Of a DNA stretch of 64,000 bases, positions 24,208-34,875 are shown piece by piece. Source of the stretch: Eledone cirrhosa (taxonomy: Eukaryota); NCBI GenBank assembly GCA_964016885.1, contig OZ024745.1:103974001-104038000 (forward strand), written 5' to 3'. The notes under the pieces were generated by a model. It did not search any database. It was not told the origin of the DNA and worked only from the letters and a program-made list of their open reading frames with translations. The position numbers and the translations under genes are program-made. How positions within the stretch are numbered: position 1 is the first letter of the stretch; each line of letters opens with the position of its first letter.

Positions 24208-26295
24208 TGGCCTACATTAGTTATAACTCAAACCACCCCAAATCCATAATCAGATCCATAGCACGTAGTATATCCCTTCGAATATCCCGCTTATCCTCAA
24301 ACCTAGAAATCTTTAACGAACATGCTAACTATTATAAAGCAGGACATAAAGATAAACTGCAGTATATAGCGAATAAAGACAACGTAAACAATCCTAATAG
24401 CAACTATACCAACCGCTCACACAAAAATAGAAGTAACTGGACTAGACATAGGGTTAGGCACGTAGCCCCTAGAGTGAATGGTCAAAACACTAATAACGTA
24501 AACCCTAGAAACAATAGAAGAATCAGAGAAAGAAAATACCTATGGTTCAACCCAATCTTCAACTCCTCTGTAAAAACCAGACTGCCTTCTACGTTCTTTA
24601 AACTAATAGATAAACACTTCCCTATTTCACATAGATATCATAAAATACTCAATAGAAATACTATAAAACTTTCATACTCTACGGCAGCAAATATAGAATC
24701 GCACATACGCAAGATCATCCACAGAAATATCTCGAGGGAATCAGCCCCACCTATGCGCAACATAGCACCAAATTATAAGCATAAACACATCACAGTATCA
24801 CAACCGCAAGCACATACAAGCGCGCAGCAGCAAAACCCCAACGGGCATGAATCAGAACCCACTTATAGCAGAGTACTAAACAGCAGTGTAGAAGCTGCAG
24901 GAAATAACACCTCAAACTGTAACCGGATAGGTGCCCATTGGCGAATAGATGTCTCGATTCGAGCCTAGTGTACATGTGTACGGTCAACTCAGACAACTCC
25001 ACCTGGCATTACATTGGATCCACCGCGGGTTCTTTTAAAAAAAGATGGTATGTGCAAAGGCACTCGATGAAAAATCATGCACTTATGGGTTCTACAACCC
25101 TCGCCAAAAAAATATGGGAACTGAAGGACAAAAACACTAGCTACAGTATCAACTGGTCGAGGTTGTCGGCTGCTAAAACCTACAGTACCAGTATGTCCCA
25201 CTGTGGGCTATGTGATCTAGAACTACTGTATATCCTTAAAAATGTAAAAAGGCTACTTAACAACAAGTTAGAAAGATCTATCTTCTGCAGACACAAAATT
25301 GCCACTAAATTCATAAGATTTAAACGTCCATGAATCGAACCGACGTAACATAGCTTTCAACTAGGATACCCACTACTCTGCACGAATCACCACAGAAATA
25401 TAATCATTAAGTACATTCTAGCCTTCTTAGTTCTATACCACACTAATGTCTGTAAGTACCTCATCAACCCATAAACTTATCTCTTCTCAGCTGCTGTCAT
25501 CACTTGATCCTAAATCCAAGAACATTTCAAAATACTACTACAACGGAACTTTACCTTCCTCTTGCTATAATTATAGTCAGCATGTTTTCTCTTTGTATGT
25601 ATGTATGTATTTGTATGAGTGTGTGTGTATATGTATGTATATGTCTGTGTGCATGTGTGTGTGTATATATATGTGTATATATATATATATGTTACCTCCA
25701 TAACCTCTGTATTAGCTTGCCCATTATTTAGCTTTGTTAGTGTTGTCTTGTACATGTATGTTATTGAGGATGGAAAAGATAGACAGAACTCTCATCTAAT
25801 ATAGACCACACAAATTCTACTACAGTGATAAATACTTCATCGGTCACCTGACCTACATTGTTTAAAAACACCAGCTTATCTTTACACTTGATATAATACA
25901 CCCTACGACAGTCTTTACATATCAATTTTATACATCTGCCTCATGTCAGCTAGTTTTACACGCTAAAATCATAGATATACTATACTCCCCACCTAGATTG
26001 ATGTGATTATTTCAAATAATTTATTGCTAGCATTGTTGATATTGTTGTTATTGTTCTAATTGAATGCCATTACTACTACATATAGTAGCCTGTATATTCT
26101 TTTCATGCCTGTATATTCTCTTCATTCTCGCAAGCTCCGATGAACTGACTGGTTATAATTTTGTATTGGTGATCGAGTAACGCAAAAATAAGCGGAGAGT
26201 GATCTCTAGACCTACCAGTTCAGAGAAACAATTGTCAGCAATGAGATTAAAAACCTTTTTTGTATAGCAAACCGTGTCACTCTTCTTTCCTGATT
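24208..26295 (+). mobile_element. 5'-truncated Penelope-like element: RT thumb, GIY-YIG endonuclease (24208-25333, frameshifted) and 3' pLTR with hammerhead
   Basis: SNHPKSII..ISLRISRLSS, WFNPIF, NRNTIKLSYS, LVYMC..YIGST, CGLC. Hammerhead-like core at 26134-26239. Confidence 0.88.
26134..26239 (+). ncRNA. Type I hammerhead-ribozyme-like motif with an expanded stem II
   Basis: GCT-CCGATGA-actgactggt...accagttcaga-GAAAC-AATT-GTC-AGC. It has a short palindromic stem III, as in Penelope hammerheads. Confidence 0.65.
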
Positions 26296-26306
26296 TATAT
26301 ATATAT

Positions 26307-29300
26307 TGGTGTTAGGAAGGGCATCCAACCAGTGTATCAATGCCAAAAAGCTTATCAGCACAGCAACAAAACAGCATAGAAAAAAATATGAAGACGTCGC
26401 ATCTCAGAGTTGCAACACTTAATGTTGGCACTCTCAGAGGTAGATCTGCTGAAATAGCGGAGATGCTGGAGAGAAGGCAGGTGGATGTGTGCTGCGTGCA
26501 AGAGGTGAGATGGAGAGGTGCCTCTGCGAGACTAGTCGTAGGCAAGCGTCTTAGCTATAAGCTATTCTGGGTAGGTAAGGATGATGGGTTAGGGGGAGTA
26601 GGCATTTTCCTGGCTGAGAAATGGATCAATAAGACAATAGAGGTAGTTCGAGTTAGTAATCGAATAATTAAGCTTAGATTAGTTGTAGGTAGGAGACTAC
26701 TGACAATCATCTCGGTCTATGCTCCCCAAGCAGGCCTAGGCAAAGATGAGAAAGACTGCTTTTATGAGCAACTTTTGCAAACAACCACAATGACAGAGGA
26801 CGGAGACATCGTTATGCTAGCAGGAGACTTCAATGGTCATGTTGGACAGCTCCAGGATGGTTACACTGGGGTACATGGTGGGCATGGTTACGGTTCAAGA
26901 AATGAAGAAGGAGTGAGACTTCTTGAATTTTGTGATGCAAGTACATTGACTATTTGCAACACAAACTTCCAGAAACCTGCCAATCACCTAATAACCTACA
27001 AATCTGGTGAGCACATAAGCCAGATTGACTTCCTGCTAGTTAGGCAGCGGGACAGGCAGATAGTGTCTAATACCAAGGCATACCCTGGGGAAGAATGTAC
27101 CCCACAGCATAGGTTAGTTGTTAGTGATATCTCAGTAAGCAAGAGATGGAATGAGCCATATAGGAAGGTGTGGAGAAGAAAGGTCTGGAAGCTAAAAGAC
27201 CTTTCACTAAAATTCAAATTTAGGAAAGCCCTTCAAGATGTATATGACGAAAAAGAAGACGATTTAGAGACGTATGACATAGATAATAACTGGAAGTTCT
27301 TACGTGACAACTTGCTGAAGGCTACTGATGAAACTTGTGGCTGGAGCAGAGCCCCAACCAGACAGAGAGTGACCTGGTGGTGGAACAGCAGTGTAGATAA
27401 GGCTATTAGAGACAAAAGACTAGCATGGAAGGCTTGGAATAAGGGTGGGAGTAGGGAAGAATATACAGCCACTAAGAGAGAAGCTAGACGTCAGGTGTAC
27501 TTAGCACGCAGGGAGGCAGAGAGTAGGAGGTTTGCCAATGTTCTGCGACGGGAAGATCAGAGGCGTGCGGTGTTCCACATTGCAAGGCAGTGTGTCAATG
27601 CAAATCAGGATGTTGTTGGTGATAAATGTGTCCGGGATGATGCCGGTGTCCTTAGTGTCACGAATGACCAGAAAAAGGAGGCCTGGAAATGTCATTATGA
27701 GAGACTGATGAATGTGGAGAACGAATGGGAGAGAGAGAAATTACCCTCGGTAGATCCGACAGAGGGACCAGCTATTGAGATTGACGAATATAGGGTCCAA
27801 GAGGCGATTAGGGAAATGAAAAATGGTAAGGCGGCCGGACCATCGGGAATAGTTGCTGAGATGCTGAAGGCATCAGGGGACATAGGCACTAAACTGGTTG
27901 CACGCATAATCAATCAGGCTATATATGGTGGTGTCATACCCAAAGACTGGTGCAGCAGTATTCTCATAAATTGCTACAAAGGTAAAGGGGATGCTTTGGA
28001 GAGGAGCAATTATAGGGGTATAAAACTGATAGATCAGGTTATGAAAGTGGCAGAAAGGATTTTAGCACAACTAATTAGAGAAAGGGTCAAACTAGATGAG
28101 ATGCAGTTTGGTTTTGTGCCTGGGAAGAGTACAACAGATGCCCTCTTCTTGGTGAGACAAATGCAAGAGAGGTTCTTAGAGAAGAATAAGCCACTATACT
28201 TGGCCTTTGTTGACCTAGAGAAGGCCTTTGATAGGGTACCCCGATCTGTCATCTGGTGGTCCCTAAGGAAGCTGGGTGTTGAGGAATGGCTTGTAAGGAC
28301 AGTGCAAACTTTGTACAGAGGTACTCTCAGTAAAGTCAGGGTAGGAATGGAGTTTAGTGAGGAATTCCAGATACAAGTAGGAGTACATCAGGGTTCGGTC
28401 CTCAGCCCGCTCTTGTTCATTATAGTCCTCCAAGCCATAACAGAGGAGTTTAAGACTGGCTGTCCATGGGAACTTCTCTATGCTGACGATCTGGCTCTTA
28501 TGGCAGAATCAGTAGAGGAGCTAGAGAATAAATTCCGGCTATGGAAACAGCAGTTGGAAGCAAGAGGACTGAGAGTAAATCTAGCTAAGACAAAAGTGTT
28601 GATGAGTAGAAAAGAGGACAAAACCCTGATTCCGTCAGGGAAATGGCCATGTTCGATATGCAGAAAAGGAACTGGCATAAATTCTATAAAATGCACACAA
28701 TGTAGGTCCTGGGTACACAAGAGATGTAGCGGGATAGCAGGCAAACTAACAGGTAGGGAGAAATATGTATGCAGTAGATGTACAGGGAAATTAGACAGTA
28801 GAAGTCGCACTGATAGACACATTTTTCAAATGCGAGAGGGCGCTATAGAAGTGGTGGATAGCTTCCGGTACCTAGGAGATCAGATTAGCATGGGAGGAGG
28901 GTGTTCCGAGGCCATAGTATCTAGAATAAGGACGGGTTGGAAGAAGTTTAGGGAGCTGCTTCCTCTGTTGACGAAGAAGGGTTTCTCCCTGCGTACGAAA
29001 GGCCGGTTGTATGATGCCTGTGTGAGGAGCGCGATGCTGCATGGTAGTGAGACATGGGCAGCTACCGCAGAAGATATGCGACGGCTGGAGAGAAATGAGG
29101 CAAGCATGCTCCGTTGGATGTGCAGTGTAAATGTGCGTGAACGACCCAGCATAAATGTGTTGAGAGAGAAACTGTGTCTGAGAGGGATAGAATGTAGTGT
29201 ACGGGAGAGGAGACTGAGGTGGTATGGACATGTGATGCGCATGGAGGATGACCGATGGGTGAAGAAGTGCCAGGAAATGCCAGTTGAAGGAAGACGTAGT

Positions 29301-29480
29301 AGAGGTAGACCACGAAAAACATGGGCGGAGGTGGTGAGAACAGACCTCAGATCATTGAAGCTCACGGTGGAGATGACGAGGGACCGTGACGAGTGGAGAG
29401 ATGCTGTGCTGAATAAGACCCGTCCCACCCTTGCAAGCAGGGAAAAGCGGACGTAAAATGATGATGATGATGATGATGAT
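26307..29480 (+). mobile_element. Near full-length RTE-clade LINE with an (ATG)n tail
   Basis: One uninterrupted ORF, a very short 3' UTR, an (atg)n tail and TA-rich flanks. Confidence 0.96.
26340..29456 (+). CDS. RTE ORF: AP endonuclease, reverse transcriptase and PHD-like finger (1038 aa)
   Basis: EN motifs TLNVGTL, VQE, GDFNGH, IDF. RT motifs QFGF, FVDLEKAFD, GVHQGSVLSPLLF, YADD. C4HC3 finger at 28650-28781. Confidence 0.96.
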   Translation: MPKSLSAQQQNSIEKNMKTSHLRVATLNVGTLRGRSAEIAEMLERRQVDVCCVQEVRWRGASARLVVGKRLSYKLFWVGKDDGLGGVGIFLAEKWINKTIEVVRVSNRIIKLRLVVGRRLLTIISVYAPQAGLGKDEKDCFYEQLLQTTTMTEDGDIVMLAGDFNGHVGQLQDGYTGVHGGHGYGSRNEEGVRLLEFCDASTLTICNTNFQKPANHLITYKSGEHISQIDFLLVRQRDRQIVSNTKAYPGEECTPQHRLVVSDISVSKRWNEPYRKVWRRKVWKLKDLSLKFKFRKALQDVYDEKEDDLETYDIDNNWKFLRDNLLKATDETCGWSRAPTRQRVTWWWNSSVDKAIRDKRLAWKAWNKGGSREEYTATKREARRQVYLARREAESRRFANVLRREDQRRAVFHIARQCVNANQDVVGDKCVRDDAGVLSVTNDQKKEAWKCHYERLMNVENEWEREKLPSVDPTEGPAIEIDEYRVQEAIREMKNGKAAGPSGIVAEMLKASGDIGTKLVARIINQAIYGGVIPKDWCSSILINCYKGKGDALERSNYRGIKLIDQVMKVAERILAQLIRERVKLDEMQFGFVPGKSTTDALFLVRQMQERFLEKNKPLYLAFVDLEKAFDRVPRSVIWWSLRKLGVEEWLVRTVQTLYRGTLSKVRVGMEFSEEFQIQVGVHQGSVLSPLLFIIVLQAITEEFKTGCPWELLYADDLALMAESVEELENKFRLWKQQLEARGLRVNLAKTKVLMSRKEDKTLIPSGKWPCSICRKGTGINSIKCTQCRSWVHKRCSGIAGKLTGREKYVCSRCTGKLDSRSRTDRHIFQMREGAIEVVDSFRYLGDQISMGGGCSEAIVSRIRTGWKKFRELLPLLTKKGFSLRTKGRLYDACVRSAMLHGSETWAATAEDMRRLERNEASMLRWMCSVNVRERPSINVLREKLCLRGIECSVRERRLRWYGHVMRMEDDRWVKKCQEMPVEGRRSRGRPRKTWAEVVRTDLRSLKLTVEMTRDRDEWRDAVLNKTRPTLASREKRT

Positions 29481-29638
29481 ATATATGGGAGACACATCAC
29501 AACAGAAACCCTCCATCTCAATTTTACATTTGATAATCATAAGAATCGTGAAACCGGATATATATATATATATAGTGGTAGAACACTGGAAGGTAATATC
29601 CGTAGTGGTAGAGCACTCAGTCCATGGGACGAGTTAGG

Positions 29639-29783
29639 TAGAAGTGGTTACACAACAGTTAGTTCACCATACCGAGAACAATTGTTTCACCTTAGCAGAT
29701 CCTCAGCATTACGAGCTGAGGATCTGCTAAGGTGAAACAATTGTTCTCAGTATGGTGAACTAACTCTTGTGTAACCACTTCTA
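29639..29783. repeat. 69-bp-arm inverted repeat (Penelope-like inverted pLTR) with hammerhead cores
   Basis: Arms 29639-29707 and 29715-29783 with 2 mismatches and a 7-nt loop. GAG-CTGAGGA-tctgctaaggt-GAAAC-AATT-GTT-CTC at 29713-29748. Confidence 0.9.
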
Positions 29784-30550
29784 TATACATATATATATAT
29801 ATATAAAAAAAGAAAGAAAGAAAGAATAATAGCAATTATTTTGTCTTTCAAAAATGAACTTATCTAGATGAATGTGTTGCAAGTACAATACTAAAAATCG
29901 GATCCAGTCAGTTTTGACTCTAAATTTGGAATCAATTTATACTTTATAATTAATGCTTCTGGGAAGGTTATTATAAACTCACAAATTCCATTTTCTTATA
30001 GTAGGTTTCTTGTCTATGTAATATTATAAATCTCTCTAGCTACTCTCTAGTGATCACTCCTTCAATTACACCAGAGTACAATAGATTAGATTCTATTATT
30101 TATATACTATTGAATTAGGTTTCTTCTAACTGTTTCTTAATATTCTTTATGTTGTTTCAGTGTTTCTTTTGTTATACAGCACAGATTTTCATAACCTGTT
30201 AAAACTTGTTCTTCTCTGGAGACAAGACAATTGGAAAAATAAAAAAAAAATAAAAACATCATCCATGTGATAACCTAGCATGGTATTTTTAAACAACAGA
30301 TGATATAGCTAGATCTGTATTTACTTTGTTGTTACACACACATCATTATCATCATCGTTTAACATCCATTTTTCCACGCTAGCATGGGTTAGACGGGTTG
30401 TCCTGTTTGAGGCAAGTTGGGTAAGGTGCCCATGTTGTGCTCACACAGAACTGGATGCCCTCCCTAACACCAACCACATTTACAGTGTATGCTGGGTGCT
30501 TTTTGTTGTGATCCCTACACGACCACTTTACATTCATGACACCTACACAC

Positions 30551-30595
<45 letters not shown>

Positions 30596-30689
30596 CAAAC
30601 ATACATATGAGAGTTTCACAGCTAAACAATTCATTAAAGTGCTTGTGTACCAGCTAAAGGGTTCATAGTTTTTTGTATCATTAATACTA

Positions 30690-31241
30690 CTAGCAGAAAA
30701 ACCACCCTTCGGGTGGTTTTCTGCTAGCTTGTGTAGTGTGTATATTGATATTTTACGCAAGTATATATACATGTAGATATGATACATCAAATAAAATCGT
30801 AATTGACAATATAAACAGAAATTGAACGAAGACTGTGTTACACTGTCTTATGTAATCAGTAACGTAATCCATGATACATTAAAAAAAGACAATATTATAT
30901 ATAAACTGCATTAGGAGAAAATTAGTGACAGAAAATTAGTATGTTTATTTAAGTGATCGCCACCGGAAGTGCTGACATCACACACTCTCTCTTTCTATAT
31001 ATATGGTAGTTGGAGTGGTGGTGGTGGTGGTGGCAACGATATACCGGAAGTGCAACTTTGAAAAGAAGTCAATTTTAAATTATTTATTTTTATGAAATTA
31101 TTTTTGTTTACGAAATTTAGTAGATAAATTATGTAATATTCATTCATTATTTATTCAAAGTAATCCAACTTATTTTACTAATGGGATAAAAAAAAAAAAA
31201 ACGTACGCAGTCCTGCAGACCTTCCTTTATTATAGTTTAGA
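30690..31241 (-). mobile_element. Probable non-autonomous Helitron
   Basis: Minus strand starts a|TCTAAACTATAATAAAG and ends with the hairpin accacccgaagggtggt followed by CTAG|t. Confidence 0.72.
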
Positions 31242-32100
31242 TACATAACGAAGCCATTTAACACTTGAGCTCCTACCCACCTATCTGTGGAAAAAGGTAC
31301 TACAGATTCGTTAAACCATCAGCATACTAATTGTTTTCACTTTTATGTTGTAATGGTAGATTGGCAGTGTTGGATAGTCATTAAATACATACCAGTCTGT
31401 AAATTTGCTTACCTATGTTTAAACTTTTTCTCTTTTGATCATGGCATTACCTGAACAAATCTGTACCAGTAGATAGCTTGTTAAGATATATTCCTATTTT
31501 CACTCCATAGCAAGACTGTATATGTTTATTAGATATACATGCATCATGCATGTGTGTGTCTGTGTCTATATATGTATGTATCCTTCAATACACACATATT
31601 GGGCCCTCAAAAACTGATAGATTTATAGGGGTGCTGACATCGCATATAACAAACCCTAGGTATTTTTAAACCTGGCAGAGCTCATCCCCTTCCAGATCTG
31701 TCTACAGACAATTTCTTCTAGAAAAAATGAGTGAGGGTGGGAGAGAAAATAATAAGAGAGGCAGAAAAGGAATGAATCTAAATGCAAACAGAGCCAAGAG
31801 AAATTTGGATAATGAAATTAAGGAAGGCACATACTAAATGTACACAGTAAAGTCTCAATTTATTGAAATTATGAGGACATAACAAATTCTCTAGTGCTGG
31901 TGCCATGATAAAATGCACCCGGTACATTCTGTAATGTAGTTCGTGTCATCAAGTGTATCCAACCATAGAAACTATGCTAAAAATAGAATGTATGTAAAAG
32001 ATATAATTCTCTGATTTGCTTAGACTTTGACTGCGACCCATCAAGCACACACCAAATAAAAGCTCCATGGTTCCACATTTCAATGTACAAAGAGGCACAT

Positions 32101-32445
32101 GGAGGCACATGGCTTAGTGGTTAGAGCATTGGCCTTGCAATCGAAAGATTGTGAGTTCAAATCTCAGACCGGGTGATGTGTTGTTTCCTTGAGCAAGACA
32201 CTTTATTTCACATTGCTCCAGTTTACTCAGCTGTAGAAATGAAATGATAGGACTGGGTTCCCTATCATTCCACTGCAAAGTGGACGTGTAGGCGCCATGG
32301 CAAAAAAGCACCTAGCACTCACTGTAAATGAGGTTGGTGTTAGGAAGGGCATCCAGCTGTAGAAATCAAGCCAGAATCAGTTCCCGTCCCACCCTTGCAA
32401 GCAGGGAAAGGCGGACGTAAAATGAAATGAAAAATGAAAATGAAA
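32101..32445 (+). mobile_element. SINE family B: tRNA head, CORE-like domain, RTE 5' module and RTE 3' tail (copies at 53137-53478, 60341-60675, 62459-62806)
   Basis: A-box TGGCTTAGTGG and B-box GTTCAA(A/T)TC. CORE-like ccttgagcaagacacttt..ctccagtttactcagctgtagaaatg. The tail ccgtcccacccttgcaagcagggaaa(a)gcggacgtaaaatga matches the RTE end. Confidence 0.92.
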
Positions 32446-33616
32446 GATCAGTAGTGTATTGTAAAGTGTACAGGCTGCATCTTACATGGCACTAGCACTA
32501 GAGAGATTGTAGGGTCATGGCCGGAAGTTGCTCTCAATTCTTTATGGCATGGTTTTTACAGCTGGAAGCCCTTTCTAACACCAACCACTTCACATAGTGT
32601 ACAGGGGGGGGGGGGTTATTGTGGTAACAACACTACGGAAGTTGTCTGTCATTAACTCAAGGGATGGGAAAATGAGGAGGAGGGATGCTATGGAGAGAAG
32701 GGAAGGGGAGAGGAGAAAGGATGGAAAATAACAAGTGTGGTGAAGATGGACAGTATGTTGCGCGAGGGAGAGAAGGTACTATGATGATGAGTACATCTAT
32801 GGGTGGTGTGTTAGGATTTAAAAGAAGTTAGGGTGATCCCCGGATAGAGTGGGCATGGGGTGTACAGGGATGGTGAGAATAGTTACTAATGAGTGATAGT
32901 GGAGGGGGAAGCATAGATGGTTCAAGTCACATTTTTCTACCACATGTTACTAATCCTTGCAGTACTTTGACATCTTTGTCATGAGGTTCAGCTTCCTAAG
33001 GTCAGTTTTCACTACCTCATCCCATGTCTTTATAAGTCTACCTCTACCATGAGTCCCATCCATTGAAATGTCTCTACACTTCTTTATACAGTGTACGCAT
33101 CACATGTCCATAACACTGCAGTCTTCTCTCTTGCACACTACATCAGATTCCTCTTATAAAGACATTTTCTCTCGGCTTGCTTATACTATGTCAATAATAC
33201 ACACTAACATTACATATCCATCAGAGCGTACTCGCTTGATTTCTTTCTATCTTTTGCAGATCTCCCGCTGTAAAGGCCCATGTCTCACTGTTATGTAGCT
33301 TTGCCATTCACAGGCAATCATTATCCAGTCTACCCTTCATTCTAAGTGAGCACTTTGTTGTCAGCAGAGGTACTGGCTCCCTAAACTTCTTCCAGCCCAT
33401 TCTTACTCTGGCTATTTCACTATCATAGCTTCCTCCCCTGCTGCTGATTAGGTCAGCGAGCTAACAAAAGTTGTCAAAAACTTCTAAGAGGGCCTCCCAG
33501 GCAATTGACGGAAATATATTTTACACATTCTCATAGTGCTTACATCTGTTCCTCTGCCACATAAAAAGGCTATTTTTCTGTTAACCTGCCTGTAATCCCA
33601 ATACATCTCGTGTGTG

Positions 33617-33648
<32 letters not shown>

Positions 33649-33777
33649 TGTGAGTATGCATGAATATATTAGGCAGAGAGAATGAGAATATAATTCATTT
33701 CCAAACAAAAAAAAAGTTACAAAAGTATGTTAATTCAGATATCTGAGAGATTGAATGTAAATTATGTGTGTGTGTAT

Positions 33778-34875
33778 ATCCTCCGTCCTTCCGTATCCTC
33801 TCTTCTGACCCCGTCACTTCTCACTTTTTTCAAAACCCACCCATTACTGCTTTTAAGCGCGCCCGAAACCTCCGCGACCTCCTGGTACGCAGTTCTTTTT
33901 CGTCCTCTCCCATGACTTCCCCCGGCTCTCATCCTTGTTCCCGTTCCCGCTGCAACGCTTGTCCCTTTATTTCCACCCTCACCACTCTTACAGGCCCTAA
34001 CGGGTCTTTCCATATCCGCCATTCCTTCACCTGCACATCCACCCACTTGTCTATGCCCTCCGGTGTTCCCTTTGCGGGTCTTTATATATCGGACAAACGG
34101 GACGCCGTATAGCGGACCGTTTTGCCGAACATTTGAGGGACATACGACTCGGTTTGGATACTCCTGTCGCCTGTCATTTCTGTTCTCCTGGTCATTCTTC
34201 CCTACACGTTTCAGTCCTGGGTGTCCTTTTACATCATGGATCACATGCCTCGCGCACCAGGACTGAACAAAGTCTGATTCACCGTCTTGGGTCCTATTCC
34301 CCTCTTGGACTCAACTCACCTCCCCAATTTCTCTAATACCCTGTCCATTATCACACCCCTAGATTCCTATCGCTTTCTCTTTGCTAATAGCTTCGTACTT
34401 ACATGCACACACACACTTTTACTCACATATACACACACATTTCTTCTTAGCTTCATACGGACCTATAATAATACACACACACACACCAACACGCACACAC
34501 AGACACACACACACACAAGCTCATGCTTACGCACATGCTCAAGTATAGCTCTTTTTACAAAATTTTTTTTTCCTTTTCAGGTAGAGGCGCGCCATCATCC
34601 ACTTTTCTAAAAAACAAATCATACACAAAACGCCAGCACCAACAGTTTTGCAAGAGATGTCAACATGAATGGACCTATTATTTTTATCTAAAGACATTTT
34701 TTCCAATTCCATCCCGCCCGTCCCCTTAATCTATTTTATTTCTCATTCTTTCTTCTGATGAAGGACTAGCGTCCAAAATGTTAAGACCCTCTTCCTGCTA
34801 TATCAAGCGTTAACCTAATATATACCTTCCATATACTGTACCGATTGTGTTGTTATTTCTGTTTACCTTTTACAT
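33778..34875 (+). mobile_element. 5'-truncated Penelope-like element (Neptune-type Cys-rich linker plus GIY-YIG) with a degenerate hammerhead
   Basis: AFKRARNLRDLLV, PCSRSRCNACP, (frameshift) VYALRCSLC..YIGQTGR..RFAEH, VACHF..GH, PLGLN. ctgatgaaggactagcgtccaaaatgtta at about 34755. Related termini at about 49360-49465 and 52040-52150. Confidence 0.88.

Noticed and set aside
32101-32175. tRNA genes at SINE heads
   Set aside because: The A/B boxes run into SINE bodies and LINE-derived tails in multiple copies.
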